In this document: one piece after another, positions 62,654-64,000 of the stretch | Layout: each line of letters opens with the position of its first letter | How positions within the stretch are numbered: the first letter of the stretch is position 1 | Assembly: GCA_937859835.1 (NCBI GenBank) | Contig: CALMAN010000093.1 | Coordinates: forward strand, 1,631-65,630 | Source of the DNA: an uncultured Acidipila sp. | GTDB taxonomy: Bacteria > Acidobacteriota > Terriglobia > Terriglobales > Acidobacteriaceae | DNA: 64,000 bases | Direction of reading: 5' to 3' | Notes under the pieces: model-generated | Seen by the model: the letters and a program-made list of their open reading frames with translations, nothing else | The model's database searches: none | Told to the model about the DNA's origin: nothing | Made by a program: the position numbers and the translations under genes

Positions 62654-63844
62654 TTAGCTGCCGATATGACCAAGTGCGATCCCAATCGCATAGGTAATCG
62701 CGCCTTCGGCTGCGCCGACCACTGTCATCTCGATCCCACTGCTCCACCACGAGCGTATGGTAATGAGCGATTTGGCAGCTCCTACAGCAAAGTGTGCGAG
62801 CAACGAAATGATCGCAGCGGTAACTACGGCCGGCACGCCGGAAGCAAAAAAGAACGGCACGATCGGAACAAAAGCCCCAATCGCCGTAGACACCGCTCCT
62901 GAAATCGCCGAGGTCCACGGCCGGCTTAGCCCTTCTTCGGTGGTATCTAGGCGCTCCCGCGCCAGAGCTTTGACCAGCTGCGTCTTATCCCGGGCAAGAT
63001 GGTCGACAAACCGCTCGGCGTCTTCGGCTCCAAGGCCCCGTACCTGGTAGGTGAGGGAGAGGATTTCGCGCGCTTCCGCCTCATTTAAGTGCACAGCTTC
63101 TTCTTCCCGTGCGTACTCCGCCTCATAAATCTCGCGTTCACTCTTCGCCGCGAGATAGGCTCCCGAACCCATCGAGAGTGCGCTGGCGATCATGCCGGCC
63201 AGCCCCGCAATCAAAACAAAATGGCTGTTGCCGAGTGTCGCTCCGGAAACGCCGGACACAATACCAAAGATGGATCCAAGTCCGTCGTTAACACCGTAGA
63301 TCGCATCGCCAATCCAGCTCGCGGTGCGAGGCCGCCCTTTGTCGCGCGCGGCAATCAGTTCATCAAGCGCGTACTGTGCCTCTTCGGTTGAAGACCGGGG
63401 GATAGCACGCCGGTCGCGAATAAGGCTGCCGAGAATCCGGTAGTGTTCCTGCTCATCCGCGATGACGTCCTGCAGGATAGCCAGGCTGGCTTCATCGCCA
63501 AGCTCGCGAAGCTGCTTTCCGTACTTGGCGACGTCCCGGCTTTCTTCAAGCTCCAGTCGCCGAAGCGCCAGAGCATCACCGCCTACCCTGCTGGCCAGGG
63601 TGTTTGCTTCGCCGGAGCGTGATCCTCGATAGGTAGGCGCCGGCGATCCAAGAGCCTCCATACGACTGGCCCACATGTCGGCATGCCGCACCTCGGCCCT
63701 GGCCAGCTCCCGCAGCGCGCTTCTGCGCTGCGGATCGGTTTCGCGTTCTGCAAGTGTGTTGTAGGTATGATAGCCGGACATCTCGGCCTGCCAGTTATTC
63801 TCCAAGGCTTGCAAGAGCCGAGATACTTTTCTATCGACTGCCAT
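62654..63844 (-). CDS. Erythrin(ferritin-like)-VIT1/CCC1 fusion, putative Fe/Mn transporter
   Basis: N-terminal rubrerythrin/ferritin-like helices (ENNWQAEMSGYHTYNTLAERE..., ARAEVRHADMW, ADEQEHYRILG), followed by the VIT1 signature DAIYGVNDGLGSIFGIVSGVSGA and C-terminal TM helices. Confidence 0.85.
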   Translation of the reverse strand: MAVDRKVSRLLQALENNWQAEMSGYHTYNTLAERETDPQRRSALRELARAEVRHADMWASRMEALGSPAPTYRGSRSGEANTLASRVGGDALALRRLELEESRDVAKYGKQLRELGDEASLAILQDVIADEQEHYRILGSLIRDRRAIPRSSTEEAQYALDELIAARDKGRPRTASWIGDAIYGVNDGLGSIFGIVSGVSGATLGNSHFVLIAGLAGMIASALSMGSGAYLAAKSEREIYEAEYAREEEAVHLNEAEAREILSLTYQVRGLGAEDAERFVDHLARDKTQLVKALARERLDTTEEGLSRPWTSAISGAVSTAIGAFVPIVPFFFASGVPAVVTAAIISLLAHFAVGAAKSLITIRSWWSSGIEMTVVGAAEGAITYAIGIALGHIGS

Positions 63845-64000
63845 ATTTCCTCGGTGAGTGCAGCCGCTGCTGCTTCAGGCGCGAACCGGCGATGGCACTC
63901 GCCGAGCGGCGCAGAATTTGGTGAGAGGATCCATCTTGCAGGAAGCGGAGGCTGCAGATAGCTGGTAGACACTTACCCTTTTCCCAATCTAACGGAAAAG

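Noticed and set aside
1-64000. Search for CRISPR arrays, IS elements, integrases, prophage genes, toxin-antitoxin pairs and known defence-system genes.
   Set aside because: I saw no regularly spaced direct repeats, no transposase/integrase/recombinase-like translations, and no nuclease, helicase or ATPase defence signatures in any frame. The window looks like core or accessory metabolic chromosome.

Overview
This is a densely coding, high-GC bacterial chromosomal segment. Its gene content points to Acidobacteriota: three CarboxypepD_reg-type TonB-dependent receptors (TBDRs), a GWxTD protein, three tandem CRTAC1/ASPIC-UnbV paralogs, Tat-signal Gfo/Idh/MocA enzymes and many secreted TPR proteins. 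That placement is an inference from family distribution, not a search result. I support 41 CDS, 2 tRNAs (Thr-CGU, Ser-UGA), and a handful of promoter, operator and hairpin elements read directly from the sequence. I found no rRNA, CRISPR array, transposase, integrase, phage gene, or recognisable defence or toxin-antitoxin gene.

Blocks:
- (i) 0-5.3 kb: envelope genes (membrane protein, bactofilin, GT39 glycosyltransferase).
- (ii) 5.7-12.7 kb: a visibly lower-GC block after tRNA-Thr (amidohydrolase, TBDR, GWxTD).
- (iii) 13.0-19.9 kb: DUF4331 - TPR - double-NicO transporter operon.
- (iv) 20.3-25.1 kb: TolB-like protein, secreted hypothetical, ribokinase, MerR-TPR, HugZ-like protein.
- (v) 25.4-41.3 kb: carbohydrate locus. 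It holds a dihaem cytochrome c, a copper amine oxidase, a Tat Gfo/Idh/MocA enzyme, a TBDR, a LacI-oxidoreductase-SIS-ROK operon, and a Tat small subunit + GMC flavoprotein + Tat TIM-barrel operon. Shared palindromic operators tie these together.
- (vi) 41.3-47.1 kb: TPR proteins and a GH13 alpha-glucosidase.
- (vii) 47.5-60.0 kb: a 12.5-kb co-directional array of TBDR - TPR - heptahaem cytochrome/TPR - 3x CRTAC1.
- (viii) 60-64 kb: cytochrome c, LysR, two small paralogous basic proteins, erythrin-VIT1.

The best candidates for an undescribed system are block (iii), a putative metal-acquisition module, and block (vii), function unknown. The operator-linked periplasmic glycoside-oxidation locus in block (v) comes next. 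None of these is a clear-cut novel system. All domain calls come from motif recognition by eye and are unverified by any search.
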